From the human T2T-CHM13v2.0 reference genome, Homo sapiens, in assembly GCF_009914755.1 (NCBI RefSeq), contig NC_060931.1: a stretch of DNA of 64,000 nt; one strand, written 5' to 3'. The position numbers and the translations under genes were made by a program. The notes below the pieces were generated by a model. The model was given only the letters and a program-made list of their open reading frames with translations, was not told the origin of the DNA and searched no databases. Shown here one piece after another: positions 39,501 to 52,221 of this stretch; position 1 is the stretch's first letter, and every line of letters begins with the position of its first letter.

Positions 39501-42500
39501 CATGGAGGAGAAAGCATGGTGTGGGTAAGACACGGAAGGAATGAAGGAGAGGTGAGATGAGGCCACAGAAACAGGGTGTAGAGGTGTTGGCACCTTGGAA
39601 ACATTGAGGACCGTGTGTCAATAAAGGGCATGGCGAGACGATGAAAGGCCAGAGGACACAACAGAGAGAGGAAACCACTGTTCCTTAGAGGCAGAACTGA
39701 GAATACAGGACGGTTAGGGGTGAACTGAGACAGCAGATGGACTCAGTACAGGAAGTTGAGGACATGGAAGCTGGCAGTGGTGTCATCAGTGGGGGCAGGG
39801 CAGGAAGGGGTCAGAGTTCAGGAAAGATTCCTGAGTCTGTGGATTGACCTGGCGGAGACAGGGCACGCAGGACTGGATGTTGAAGAGGAGGTGGAGCATG
39901 TCTGGAAGATGAAAGTGGGAGGAAACAGTGGTGCAGGAATTAAATGTGAACCTTGTGTGGAAAAAGTGAGACATTGGAGTGGAGCAGCCACATGGAGGTG
40001 GTGTGATGTGAGTGGGGTCAGGGAAGTTGATGGGAAAAGAAAGAGATTTGTGGTGCAGGAGGGGAAAGAACATCATGAAGTTGTGGGGAGCTTAGTGTCT
40101 GTACAGGGTCCGATGCAGAAAAGGGGAAGGAGGAAATCAGAGTTCCCCAAATGGGGTTTTATCAGATCTCAGGGAAGTTGGTATCATGCTTCTTATCAAG
40201 GCCAACCCATAGGATTACGGTAGGGAGGCAAAATCCCAGGCTTTTCAGAAGTGGATCCTTAGGAAAGGAAAGTAGGGGGAAGGTGCCTAAGTCACTCAGG
40301 GTAAATGGAGGAAATGGGGCATCACTGCACATTCAGACAGCACCTGCATGGAACGTACTGGCAGGTAAACCTTGGGGGCTGGGGGCCTGGGGGGGATGGA
40401 CTCATGTGTTTTGAGTCTAGTATGTGGGCAGAAAGATACTTGCAAGTGTTAGAGGGAACTAATGGAGAGAAGACAATTCCTAGTGACCACTGAGTCTGAA
40501 CCTCTGTTGTCAAGGGAGCCTGAGAGGATGGAGGTGTAGCTTGCAACTGAAAATATGCACTACACCACACTTCACTACAGAGGTGCAGTGAAGTAGGAAG
40601 CGGGGGCCTTCAAACACAGGTAGCATCTTAGATTTAGTGGGAGATTAGGTCAGTAGTAAATGGGCACAGTGGGCATGCCCAGAGTTTGGATAGGATGAAG
40701 GTTTGGGTGCTGATACGGGGGCTTCATTTTTGGAAACTTTTTCCAGAGGGCAGAGAGGAGGAAAGGCAGAACAGGATGGATGGCAGGACCTGTGTAAGAA
40801 GAAGGTCTTAAATTCTAAACAAGGGTATAGTAAAGGTAGTGTGGCCAAGAGGGAAAGAAGAAATGGTGGATCCAGATAGCTTCAATGGGTACTGCAAGAT
40901 CAGGTGTGATGGGCAGGGGTGCATGGGCTCACTGGGACCCTATCCAAGGTAAATGGAAATAATGGAGATGAAGAAAGGAGGAAGAGGAGGAAGTGGCGGG
41001 ACTGGCTGTAGAGTTTTGTAGGAACTCACTTCATGGAACAGAAAGAGAAAAGAGGAAACAAGGCTGGAGTGGAAGAGGGGAAGGAAAAGGCAGCCTAAGG
41101 GAAGGCACTGGCCTCAATCAGTGGAAGATCTGGAGGAGCAACAGAAAACAGTTCTTGAAGAGAAGGTGGGATAGAGAGAGGATGGAAAAGTTTGAGCGGT
41201 GAAAGCAGGTCAAAGTAGTGAGCACATCCCTATGGAGAAGAGATGACTGAGTCAGATGAAGCGACAGGCCCTGGGTGGCTGAGAGAAATACTGGCCACAG
41301 ACAGGCAGGTACCTTCCCTTGGCCAAGGAAGCAAAGAGAAGAAATGTGGATGCAAGGGGAAAGGCTTCAAGAAAGAATGTGGAAGTGGGACGATGAGGCA
41401 GCGCCAACAGGGGAGTCACCTACAGAAGACAGACAGGGTGGAGGGGCCCCCAGGGAAGGATGGAGGGCAGAAAGCATGGTGGAAGGGAGCTGGGCAGGAC
41501 AGCCACAGGCAGGACAGCCATAGTTGGAGCGAGGTGAACGGGGAGGTCCCAGAGTAGGAACAAAGGAATGTGGAGTGCTCAGGGCAGCCTGCAAGGTTCG
41601 GCAGGGGAAGGGAAAGTGTGAAAGGGGTGGACAGCAATGGGCAGGAAGGAATGGCTGCTCTTAAAGCCTTGAACTTTGTTGCAGAAGTGTGAATCTTGGG
41701 CCAGGGTCTTTGCTATGGATGCAGTGGGGAAGGGTGGGTTGGGTGAAGGGGATGGGGTTTGGGATGGGATTTGGGTTGGGACTGACTGGGTTGGAAAGGA
41801 GGGAAGGATTGGGAGCAGTGGGGTGTGAGTGGGAGAGGAGGTAGGGAACCAGATGGGGAGAATCGAGCCAAGTTCTGGGTTGGAGGAAACTTTCTTATTT
41901 AACTGAGCTGGTGGGTTACATATCTAATGTTGCAGGTGATGAATACAGGCTGGGGTAGCCGTCTAAATCCACCGAAAGAAGTAAATGAAAGTGGTTTCTT
42001 GTAGGTCGAAAGGTCAAGGTAAATGGCTGGTTTTTAGGAAACAACTGAGAACTCGGGAAACAAAGGGGGAAGTTTCTGCAGGCCGATCTTGTAAGGGATC
42101 TGAAAAAAGGGGTGGGGATTAAGGAAAACTGACAATAGTAAGCACCCATAAGAAACAGGTTGAGGCCGAAGATACTGACACAGGGCCTAAGAGTCCTATC
42201 AGGTGGGAGGACAAGACGTATCGGGTGGGGAGGCATTAAAAGAACAAGTTTCCAATGCAGACTGGTGTTTGGGGTCAGAGGTGTGTTAAAGGGCAAATAG
42301 GGAAGGAATGAAGTGGTTCCAAGCAGAGAGTTCCAGGCCTAATGGGGGTGGGCAGACAAAAGATGAGATGTGTTAAGTGGGAAGTTAAATGGCAAGTACT
42401 AGAATGCCACCTATGGCAAGCACTAGAATGGTCTAGGTGTGAAATGAGGGAGTAATGTCAGGGAGTCAAGGTGGCCATCCATAGCAGTGATTCTTATCTG

Positions 42501-44680
42501 GGGTAGGGGGTGAATTTCACGTGGAGGGAGGTCTCTGGACATGGACCCCCAGGCAGGGCTATCCAATCATCTGAGGGGTGAGCAGTGTTCAGCTCAGTAA
42601 AAGTAAGGGAAAAAAAATAGCAGTCTCTAAAAGGAACATAGACAATAGCAAAAGAAGAAACCAAGCCCAAAAGATGCTTCTGATAGGCCGCCTTGGGGTC
42701 CTGCATTCTTGGGTGAGAATCACTGGTGGATGCGGGAGGATGGAGAGCCGGGCAGACACGTGGAGTGTGAGGGGAAGACGCACGTGCAGTGGGGCTGATG
42801 GAGGCATCAGGGTCAAGACTGTCAGGTGTGGGAACACAGTTCCCGACAGATCAGGACAAAGATGACAGCGAGCAAATGGATGTAGCCGAAAAGGCACCGG
42901 GTACCCTGGTGGTGGAACTGGGTTTTCCAATGCCTCGGTCCCAGACTCAAGGTGGAGGAGTGAGGCCTAGAGAAGGGCCTAGTGACACAGAGGAAGTGGG
43001 CTGTGCGGGTGAGAGCAGAGAGCAGGGGATCTGTTGTCACGGGGAGGGAAGGTGCAAAGGGAAATGGAGACAGTGTGGAAGGAGAGCGTCTTGAAGACAC
43101 GGGCCTTAAGGAGGGAGGAGGTGGGAGGAGGGTGGGACTGACAGCAGCACCCAGGAGGAGCAGAGGAGCTGAGTCTCAGGCAGGGCAGGAGAGTCAGGTT
43201 GAGACTGGGTGTGTATGGGGTGGGAGATGAGGACGGGCAGAGAGCGAGACACGAGTGAGTGACAAAGACAAAATTGCTATGGTGATAGGAACAAGGTAGG
43301 AGATTCAGAGGCAGATGTTCCCCAGAGTGTTTTTACACAGTGTGAAAGAAAGGATGAGAAAAGAATCAGGAAGGTTTAGGGGAGTCAGGGTTGTGGGGCC
43401 CTGGAAAGGACTCATAGCCTGGGCCACTGGGACGTGAGCTTGGACAGCAGAGCGTGTGGATTCAGTGCAGTACGTGTGACACAGAGAGGACTGCATCTGG
43501 TGGAGCAGTGGGTGCGGGGCCAGGTCAAGAAGGGAGGACACACCTGAGAACACGAATTAGGCCAGTGGCAGAATCGCAGGTGGTGCTGAGAGAACGCAGC
43601 ATGGTGCAGGTGGGACAGTACCGTGCTATGCAGTAGAGGAGGAAAGCAGGAGAAACGACCAACCTGGGCCCAGGAGCTGGGAGCTGGGAGAGCAGAGGGT
43701 GAGTTTGCAGCATATGGGAGAGCAGGACAGAGGAGAGGTGTTCCCCAATGGGCAAGAAGAATGAGTTGGAGCAGGTTATGGAGGCCAGCAGCTTACGGAG
43801 GTGAGCTTGTTGAGAGGATCAGGGAATGTACTGCAGCAAGGGAGGCATGCCAAGAGCAAGAGTGTGGGTGTGAACGTAGAGAATCCTCCTTTTTGCCCCA
43901 AAGGGGTGAAGTGTTTGATGCAGGTCATGGAGGAGAAAGCATGGTGTGGGTAAGACACGGAAGGAATGAAGGAGAGGTGAGATGAGGCCACAGAAACAGG
44001 GTGTAGAGGTGTTGGCACCTTGGAAACATTGAGGACCGTGTGTCAATAAAGGGCATGGCGAGACGATGGAAGGCCAGAGGACACAACAGAGAGAGGAAAC
44101 CACTGTTCCTTAGAGGCAGAACTGAGAATACAGGACGGTTAGGGGTGAACTGAGACAGCAGATGGACTCAGTACAGCAGGTTGAGGACATGGAAGCTGGC
44201 AGTGGTGTCATCAGTGGGGGGCAGGGCAGGAAGGGGTCAGAGTTCAGGAAAGATTCCTGAGTCTGTGGATTGACTTGGAGGTGGCAGGGCATGCAGGACT
44301 GGATGTTGAAGATGAAAAGGAGTTTCTGGAAGATGACAGTGGGAGGCAACACTGTGTGTAGACTGTGCAAATTTACACTGGCATACCACATGGAATGAGA
44401 GAGTCTGGCAGCCATTCTAAGGCAGTTATTGGGATGTAAATTTGATGACGGAAGTTTATGGTAAAAGAAGGGACAGGAGGCAGGTAGGAGGGGAGATAAC
44501 CTTATGAATTTGTGCAGGGCTTAGCATCAGTAAAAGGGCTGACATGGAATAGGGGAAGGTGGAATGCAGAGTTCCCAAAGTGGGGGCACTGGCAAATCTC
44601 AGGGGCAAGTCAGTGGTATGTTCGGTATCATGGCTGAGTGTAGGAGCATTTTAGGGAATAGAAGTTAAATCCTAGACGAC
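24540..44680 (+). repeat. Macrosatellite: five tandem ~4.2-4.5 kb units (fifth incomplete)
   Basis: Anchor 'tcca..cagtgattcttatctg...ccaatcatc' recurs at 24908, 29133, 33512, 38045, 42476; duplicated ORFs in the track at offsets 4225, 4399, 4425. Confidence 0.95.
24567..24836 (+). mobile_element. 5'-truncated AluS at the left edge of the macrosatellite
   Basis: TSD aagaaggctccaggc on both sides. Confidence 0.92.
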
Positions 44681-45169
44681 AAGCGAGTGGGGTAACAACA
44701 CTTTACCTGTCATGGTAACTACTTCATTGAATAGGAAAACAGAAAAAGAAGAAACCTTATAGAGGGTGATGGTAAAGCAACCCCAACTGATATGGAAGGC
44801 AGTGTTGGCAATCACTGAAGGTCAGGATTTTGAAAGCAAACAATTAACAATGTAAAATTTGCAAGTGTGGGGGTTGGACATAGGTTACTATGTGTTTAAT
44901 GTGGTCTCCAACAAAATTAGCAGAGCCAAAATGAGAAGGAAGTATTACTCTGTTTAACAAGATTGAAATTAAGGGGACAGTATACAGTTTAAACCACTTT
45001 GGGATTTAGGAATGTCAGAGTTGGTAGGGTGGGTATTGTTGCCCCTTGATCCACAGTATGGAATAATGGCAAAGAGGAAAACTATATAGAAAGAACTTGT
45101 CATTAGGGAATTTGGTGGCTTCCTTAAAGCTCCTTGAGGGAAACACTTGATGAATGCTTAGAGTCAGGA

Positions 45170-48100
45170 GAATAAACGGTCCCATATAGAGATAGGTTTA
45201 TGAAGCGGAGTCTGAAGGATGAGCTTCATCAGCAATCCTCAGAATGTCAGTTCTACTAGCTAAGGATGCAGGTAAGTATGTTGGACACCAAGAGAACAGG
45301 AAGGAAGTGTTTTGAACACTGGAGGTGGGTCATGAGGAAGCTTATACATATTCACATTGTGAATCAATTTCAAGGACAGATGAACAAAGACTGGGCGTTA
45401 CCAATAGAGCAGGGTTTTGTTTTGTTTTTCCCCTAAGGCAAAAGGCAGAAATGAGTGGGTACACCATGATTAAGTTGCATTCTGTAGAGATAGGATCATT
45501 TAAGTCAAGTCAGCAACAAAAATTAGAGACATTGAAGATGATGGGGTAGAAAAGGGGTATCAAATAGGTTAGAAAGATGGCTTGAAAGGAAATGAGGGAA
45601 ATTTCAGTGAGTTTGAGGAATGGCAGACTGGGTATGTGACAAATGAGTGGGTAAATAAGGAAATCTCAGATTGAGAATCCTGGCAGATCTTTCAATGGGT
45701 TAGACTGCAGGAATATTGATTTTAAAGCCAGACTGAAGCAAATTCTAGTGATAAAGGAAGGGGAAAGGGTGGCTGAATCAAATGTTCTACCAATACTGCT
45801 TTTTTTAGTATTTGAGTTAAAATTCAGATTAAATGCTTGGCTTAGAAGAATGCAAAGCTTCACTGAGCCTAATAATATGGATCCCAGTGGGTGAGTGGAG
45901 GTGAGTTAAAGTAAAAAACTCTGAGGCAAATCTTACTTAACTGAAGTTGTGTTTTTAGTACAGAATGCCAAGTTAATATGGTTAATACTGAACAAAAAAT
46001 AATGGAAGGGCAACTACAGTAGCTTAAGATGGCACTTTAAGGAAGTGTAGGCAGAAAGTCAAGAAATTAAAATAATTATGAATCATTATATGGCAGGCAA
46101 TATTTCCAGTGAAAATCAGAGAAAATAAACTCACATACATGTACTGTTACAGCTGATCTTAGTATGAATATTTTCTATTAAAGACTGTTTTAAAATAAGT
46201 TATTAATATTTGTTGAAATGGTTCCAGATAACAAGAAATATGATGCAATAAAACCTGATAAATAAAAGCAATATAAAGATTAGAATGGTTTTGAATAGGT
46301 AGTGGAATAAAAAGTTAAGTTGGTAGTTGCATTAAAAAGGTCAAACATGGGGAATAATTGGTAGAATGTTGTGTATATAATATATATTGTTACGGGTGCA
46401 ATAAATATTCAGGGGAAACAGAGCTGCTGAAAGAGAATGAATGCTTAGAAGGAATGTTGCCTTAAAGGCTTTTCTAAAACTTTTTAGGTAAAGGACAAAT
46501 TCTGGGAGGACGAAAGATAATAAGTAGGACTAGTTACATAGAGACTTAGGATGTCCATAGTCTTTCAAGAAATTGCCCAACCTTTGCGAGAAGGTGTTAT
46601 GGTAATATATTGATGTTGGGTTAAAGCAAATTTTTTCAGATAGGGTAGATTTTTATACATTTATAAAGTAAAGGGGAGTAGGAAAGATTAAAGATAGATC
46701 AAAGAAAGGAATAATTGATGGAACAACTTTCTGGAAGAGATTAGAGGGTATGTGTCTTTTGAACTCTGGAAGACTTGATTTTAGAGAGGATAAAGGAAGA
46801 AAGTGGATAATTCTAGAATTAAACACCAAAAGGTTCTATGTGTCTGGCACCATGTGAAGCAACTTACCTATTATTTCATTTCATTTCATTTCATTTCATT
46901 TCATCCTATAACAGTCCTAAGAGATCAAATAATTTGTCCACGATTACACAGTCAGTATGTAGCAGGGCCAGCATTCAAATCCTCATCTGTCTATCAAACC
47001 CATATTCCCTTCTATTATGCTATACTGTTTTCAAGTTGAAGGAAATCAAACCAAGAATTTCTGTTTTTTCACTGCGATTATAAGGAAAAATATTATTTTT
47101 CTGAAATGAGACATATTGATGTTTAAGACCTTGAGGTGACAGGTAAAATTTGGAATATCTGTGATGGGAAAATGCAAAAAGGAAGGAATGGGTGAAAGAT
47201 ACCTATTACCATCTATGCCCTGGTATTTCACTTCTTCCATTGCACAGCATAGACTTTAGATTGGCCATGGATTAAAAATTTGAGAATTCTGACAAAAAAC
47301 TAAATAGAAAGGAGTTTGTTTTTTAAGTAGGTATATGATGGGTCAAATATAAACTTACTACTAACAAAACTTTAAACAATTCCCTAAATGCCAAACTTTT
47401 ATAAACAAAAATCAAACAAACCATCAAGCAAAAGAGTCCATAGCCAGCAGACCAAATGTTGAAATCTCTGGGCTAATTTGTAAGATCTATGTTTTAAAAC
47501 TCCTTAGTGAAGAGGGGCAAGAAAACCTCTCCTCTTTTTCCTCTCTTGGTGGAAATGTTTTGTTGTTGTTGTTGGTTTTTTCCTATACTATATGTAATTT
47601 CTATATTGTTGTTTTGTGTATTTTGGTATTATAAAATTATACTTCTTAGATTCCGTTAAGAATACTTTCTGGGGTGTGAGCCACCTGAGTTATTAGTTAG
47701 CAAAATGAACCTGGGGAAGTGGGAAGAGCTAGTATTCTCAATTGGCAAGGGATTGATTCTTCAATGGGTTCAGCATTTCACTTCCCTCTGAAATTAAGTG
47801 GCAAAGTAATAGCATCCCTTAAAAAACAGGACATTGGTGAGAGGTAGAATAGCAGGAGGAATTTTGAAACATGGAGGGATGGCTACTGGAAAAGAACTGA
47901 TGAAGTGCAGAGTCTCTCCAGACAATGGTAGAAACCACAGGACTACATTAAGATTGGGCCCAAATACTAGTTTAGAAAAAGGTAAATAAAACTAGCTTTA
48001 CTTAAGAGTACAGCCAGCTTAATTACTGGCTAGTGGACATATTTCAGACAAATCTAACTGGAGAGAAAAACAGACCAGGAGAGAAAGCGAAGTTACAAGG

Positions 48101-48610
48101 AAATGGAACTAGAGAAACCTCACAAAGGGATAAAGGAGGTAATTAAAGGTTAAAGCCAGATAGCCTCGAGCTCAAAGGAGAAATATTGGAGGCCAGATAG
48201 GAAAGTGCCTTCCTACTCAGGGGGTTATGGATCCAGGGTGGCTAAAGAATAGAAGTAGAGTTCCACCCAGGGCCAGAGGGAACAATCTGGGATTCAGACA
48301 CAGCAGTGGTGCCAACGTGAATCTACCTCGTGCTAGAGTCTGAGTAGCCTAGTCTATCACCCAACACAGATAAGACTGGACAGGGGCTCCCAGGAACCAA
48401 CATCTAAGAAGGGAGTTTGGAGAGGGGCTAAAAGAAAGCAGGTTAAGCCCCAAATGTAACTGAATGATGACCAGGGATAACTATTTACTAGTGCTTTTAT
48501 GATTTATTGTAACTCTGTAACTTTCCCAGTATTTGTTAATTTTTTAACTTCTGTTTCTCCTGTACTTACGAGCAGTAAAAGTTGTTCAAAACATAAATGT
48601 GATGTGTGTG
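45170..48610 (+). ncRNA. COPG2IT1: COPG2IT1 (CIT1) imprinted antisense transcript; boundaries approximate, 5' end not visible in sequence
   Basis: Known to lie antisense in COPG2 intron 20 (recalled). 3' end supported by TGTA motifs, AGTAAA 48574-48579 and a GU-rich element 48598-48622; 5' limit is from memory only. Confidence 0.5.
46830..47020. mobile_element. MIR fragment with (TTTCA)n
   Basis: 'ctatgtgtctggcacc', 'aatttgtccacgattacacagtcagt..gggccagcattcaaatcc'. Confidence 0.55.
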
Positions 48611-49370
48611 CTTATTTCTGTGAAAACTGGGTAACAGTTACGAATATTGTGCACTGAACATGAGAAGAGAAGAAATCAAGGAGGAAAATGATGATGGGGG
48701 GAATCAAGTAGAATAAATACTTGACATTCACCTTCCCAAGTCTCCAAATAAGTAAATACTACTATTGGCACTAGTTGGCTGTCTTTTAGGGGCTATTTCT
48801 CCACCCTGCAAAGACTGCATATGGGTCAAGGAGGGAATTAAAAGCCCTTCTTAATGTGGACACACATGGTTGGCTAAGCTACTCACTAGGCTGAGACATG
48901 CTCTCAGACACCAGCCTTATGCTACAGGACCTTCAAAAATGATGTATTTTAAAATGCCAACAATCTACTACATAACCAAGTTCTATCTAACTAGATAGAA
49001 ACTTTGAGGAGAAGAGGGTCAAGATTCTTCACAGGAGACCAGGTATATGAACTCTCACAAGTGGTCACATTATTCCAACAGAAAGCTTGAGTTCCTTTTT
49101 GTGCTACTGCTATACACACTCAGTTTCTCTTTTAAGATTAAGTGTTCAGCAAATTTTACTCAGAGATTTAGTTTTAAAATTAATATTTCTGCAGCAGTAA
49201 ACCATTTTATAAATATATATATTCACACACACACAAACACACACACACAAACACTCATCATTAAATTCTAGAAAAGCATCACATTCTTAAACTGAGCATT
49301 TGAAGAGTTGAAGAGCTCACAAGGAAATGCATTCTGAATCACGTATCTCCTCCCTTCTGAGGGTTAGTAC

Positions 49371-49542
49371 CTGCTGTAGGGTCATCATCAGGCAAACGAA
49401 CAAGAGTGTAACATATTCCTGGTTGGTTATAAGGAAGGCTGGGGGCTGGGATACAAGACAGCACTTCATAGGAATCTGATGGCTCCATCTGCACTGTCAC
49501 TTTTTCCAGCAGCTGGTCATTGAGAGTGTTGGTGCAGTCAAA
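49371..49542 (-). CDS. COPG2: COPG2 exon 20
   Basis: ttcag|TTTGAC...GCAG|gtacta; [57 protein letters not shown]; phase joins exon 21. Confidence 0.95.
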
Positions 49543-50099
49543 CTGAAAAGTCAGTAAATGGAAAAGCTGTGAAGGATAACAAGTTATCCTTCCTACTCAT
49601 AACCCACTACTCAGCTCTGGAACCCACTATACCTTCTATCTCTACAGAGCAGGGTAGGTCTCCTCCTAAGATTCTTCTTTTGGCAACAGGGAGAGCCTTA
49701 TTCTTGAGGTCTTTTGTTTATATTATTCATCAGTTTTTTCTCTTTCCTGAGACTGCTGTCTCAAACAAGATGGCAGAAGTCTGATGGCTGTCAAATCTAA
49801 GTTCTCAGAATAGCCCACTTAATCTACCCTGATGTTAAATGCTGATTTTAGAAAATTGGTTATACTTTATGTTGTCCAACTTCATCACACATTTCAGTTT
49901 TATGTCCTTTAGATTTTAACCATCAAAAGTTACCCATCACATGAAGGGATCTCTATAGCTCTGGTGTTAAGCAAGAAAACCAGAAATTCTGCCAAATTAA
50001 TTCTCTATAATAGAAACTAGAATTATAGGTAAAGGATATTTGTCTCAAAGCATACCAGTTTATACTAAATCTCTACAGCAGCCAAGGGCATTATCTTAC

Positions 50100-50239
50100 C
50101 TGGAACACGATGTGATTGGTAAACATGTGCTTGATACATCGAACAAAATATTCTGTCTCTGCTTCTGTAAGTTGAACAGGCTCAGAAGACTTGAACAAGG
50201 GTCCTATATTCAGAAACTCAGGAATGGCAGCCAATTGTT
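50100..50239 (-). CDS. COPG2: COPG2 exon 19
   Basis: atag|AACAATT...CCAG|gtaaga; [46 protein letters not shown]. Confidence 0.95.
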
Positions 50240-50317
50240 CTATCAAGAAAAAAGAACGTAGGCTATGAAGAAGACAGGGAAAGACTTCAGTCTGGATGCT
50301 TAAAAAATGCTTTAGTT

Positions 50318-50701
<384 letters not shown>

Positions 50702-51010
50702 TCAAGTAAGTAAGCTTATATATTAATGAAAGCAAAAAGCAAAAAAAAAAAAAAAGAAAGTAAATACTTATTTTACAATGAGTTCCCTGTTAACCAACGA
50801 GATACAGAAAAGAAAAACATTCCCAATTAGCAATTACAAACTGGAAAGTTCATGGACTCCAGGTAGCCTCAGCAACTATACCCTATGGTGTTCAGCCACA
50901 CGAAGATTTCCTATATTGAGAACCGATCAATTTGAGTAAGACTGGTAGACTTTTTATATTTACAATGCCTAGGGGAAAGATTATTACGTCTAACCATCAA
51001 ATCATCATAC

Positions 51011-51073
51011 CTTGGAAAATGTCTTGCCTGGAAGGAGCCAACTTCTCTGGCTTAGTAGCCACAAGTGTGATTT
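51011..51073 (-). CDS. COPG2: COPG2 exon 18
   Basis: tatag|AAATC...CAAG|gtatga; ITLVATKPEKLAPSRQDIFQ. Confidence 0.92.
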
Positions 51074-51779
51074 CTATAAAGACAGATATGAGCAAGTAAG
51101 TGAACTTCTCCCACTACTATCAAGCTAGCAATGCAGACAGAAAGAGAGGAGAGCAGACATTTCTAGCAGATATATAATGAGCTATTACTAGATCATACTT
51201 ATAGGTTATCTATCACTTCTGGTGGGGGGACACTCAAATTAAAATGTATTTAGTGAACATATATTGTGGAATCATAAAGTAAGCCCTAAAAATATAGAGT
51301 TTGCTTTAAATGGACTGGAATGTACAAAAATTACTCAGAAAAGGAAAAACAATTTATTTTAAAAATCTTCTCATGATCAAAATAGGAAAAATTACTTATA
51401 TCAACAGAAAAACTGAAAATGTTGAAAATAAGCATAAAATTGTTTCTTCCCAGTTTTGTGTTCTAACCACTAAACATTTATGACTTCTTTTGTTTTTGTT
51501 TTTAAGTTTTAAAGTTAGATATTCTTTGGGAATATTTTTTATGATTGTCGCCCATAAATTCTTTTAAGACGAACCTCCAATAACAAAATCAATTAACTTA
51601 GAGATTATCAACTTCAGAAAATAAAAATAGGAGGCGACAGCACTATTACTGCTCTGAGATGCACAGTGGCAACTGACTTCAGATACTGTAATGCTTTGCA
51701 TTAAAAAAAACCCTTCATTTTGGAGTGCATTTCATCTTACTGCTTTTATGTAAAAACCAGGAGTTTTTTTTAAACTCTA

Positions 51780-52130
<351 letters not shown>

Positions 52131-52221
52131 GAGTGACAATTAAATGAGTATTAGAGAAAATATGCTAATATTTTTTAGTTTTGCAAAACTACTTATACAC
52201 AGAAAAACGAATAGAGTGAAC

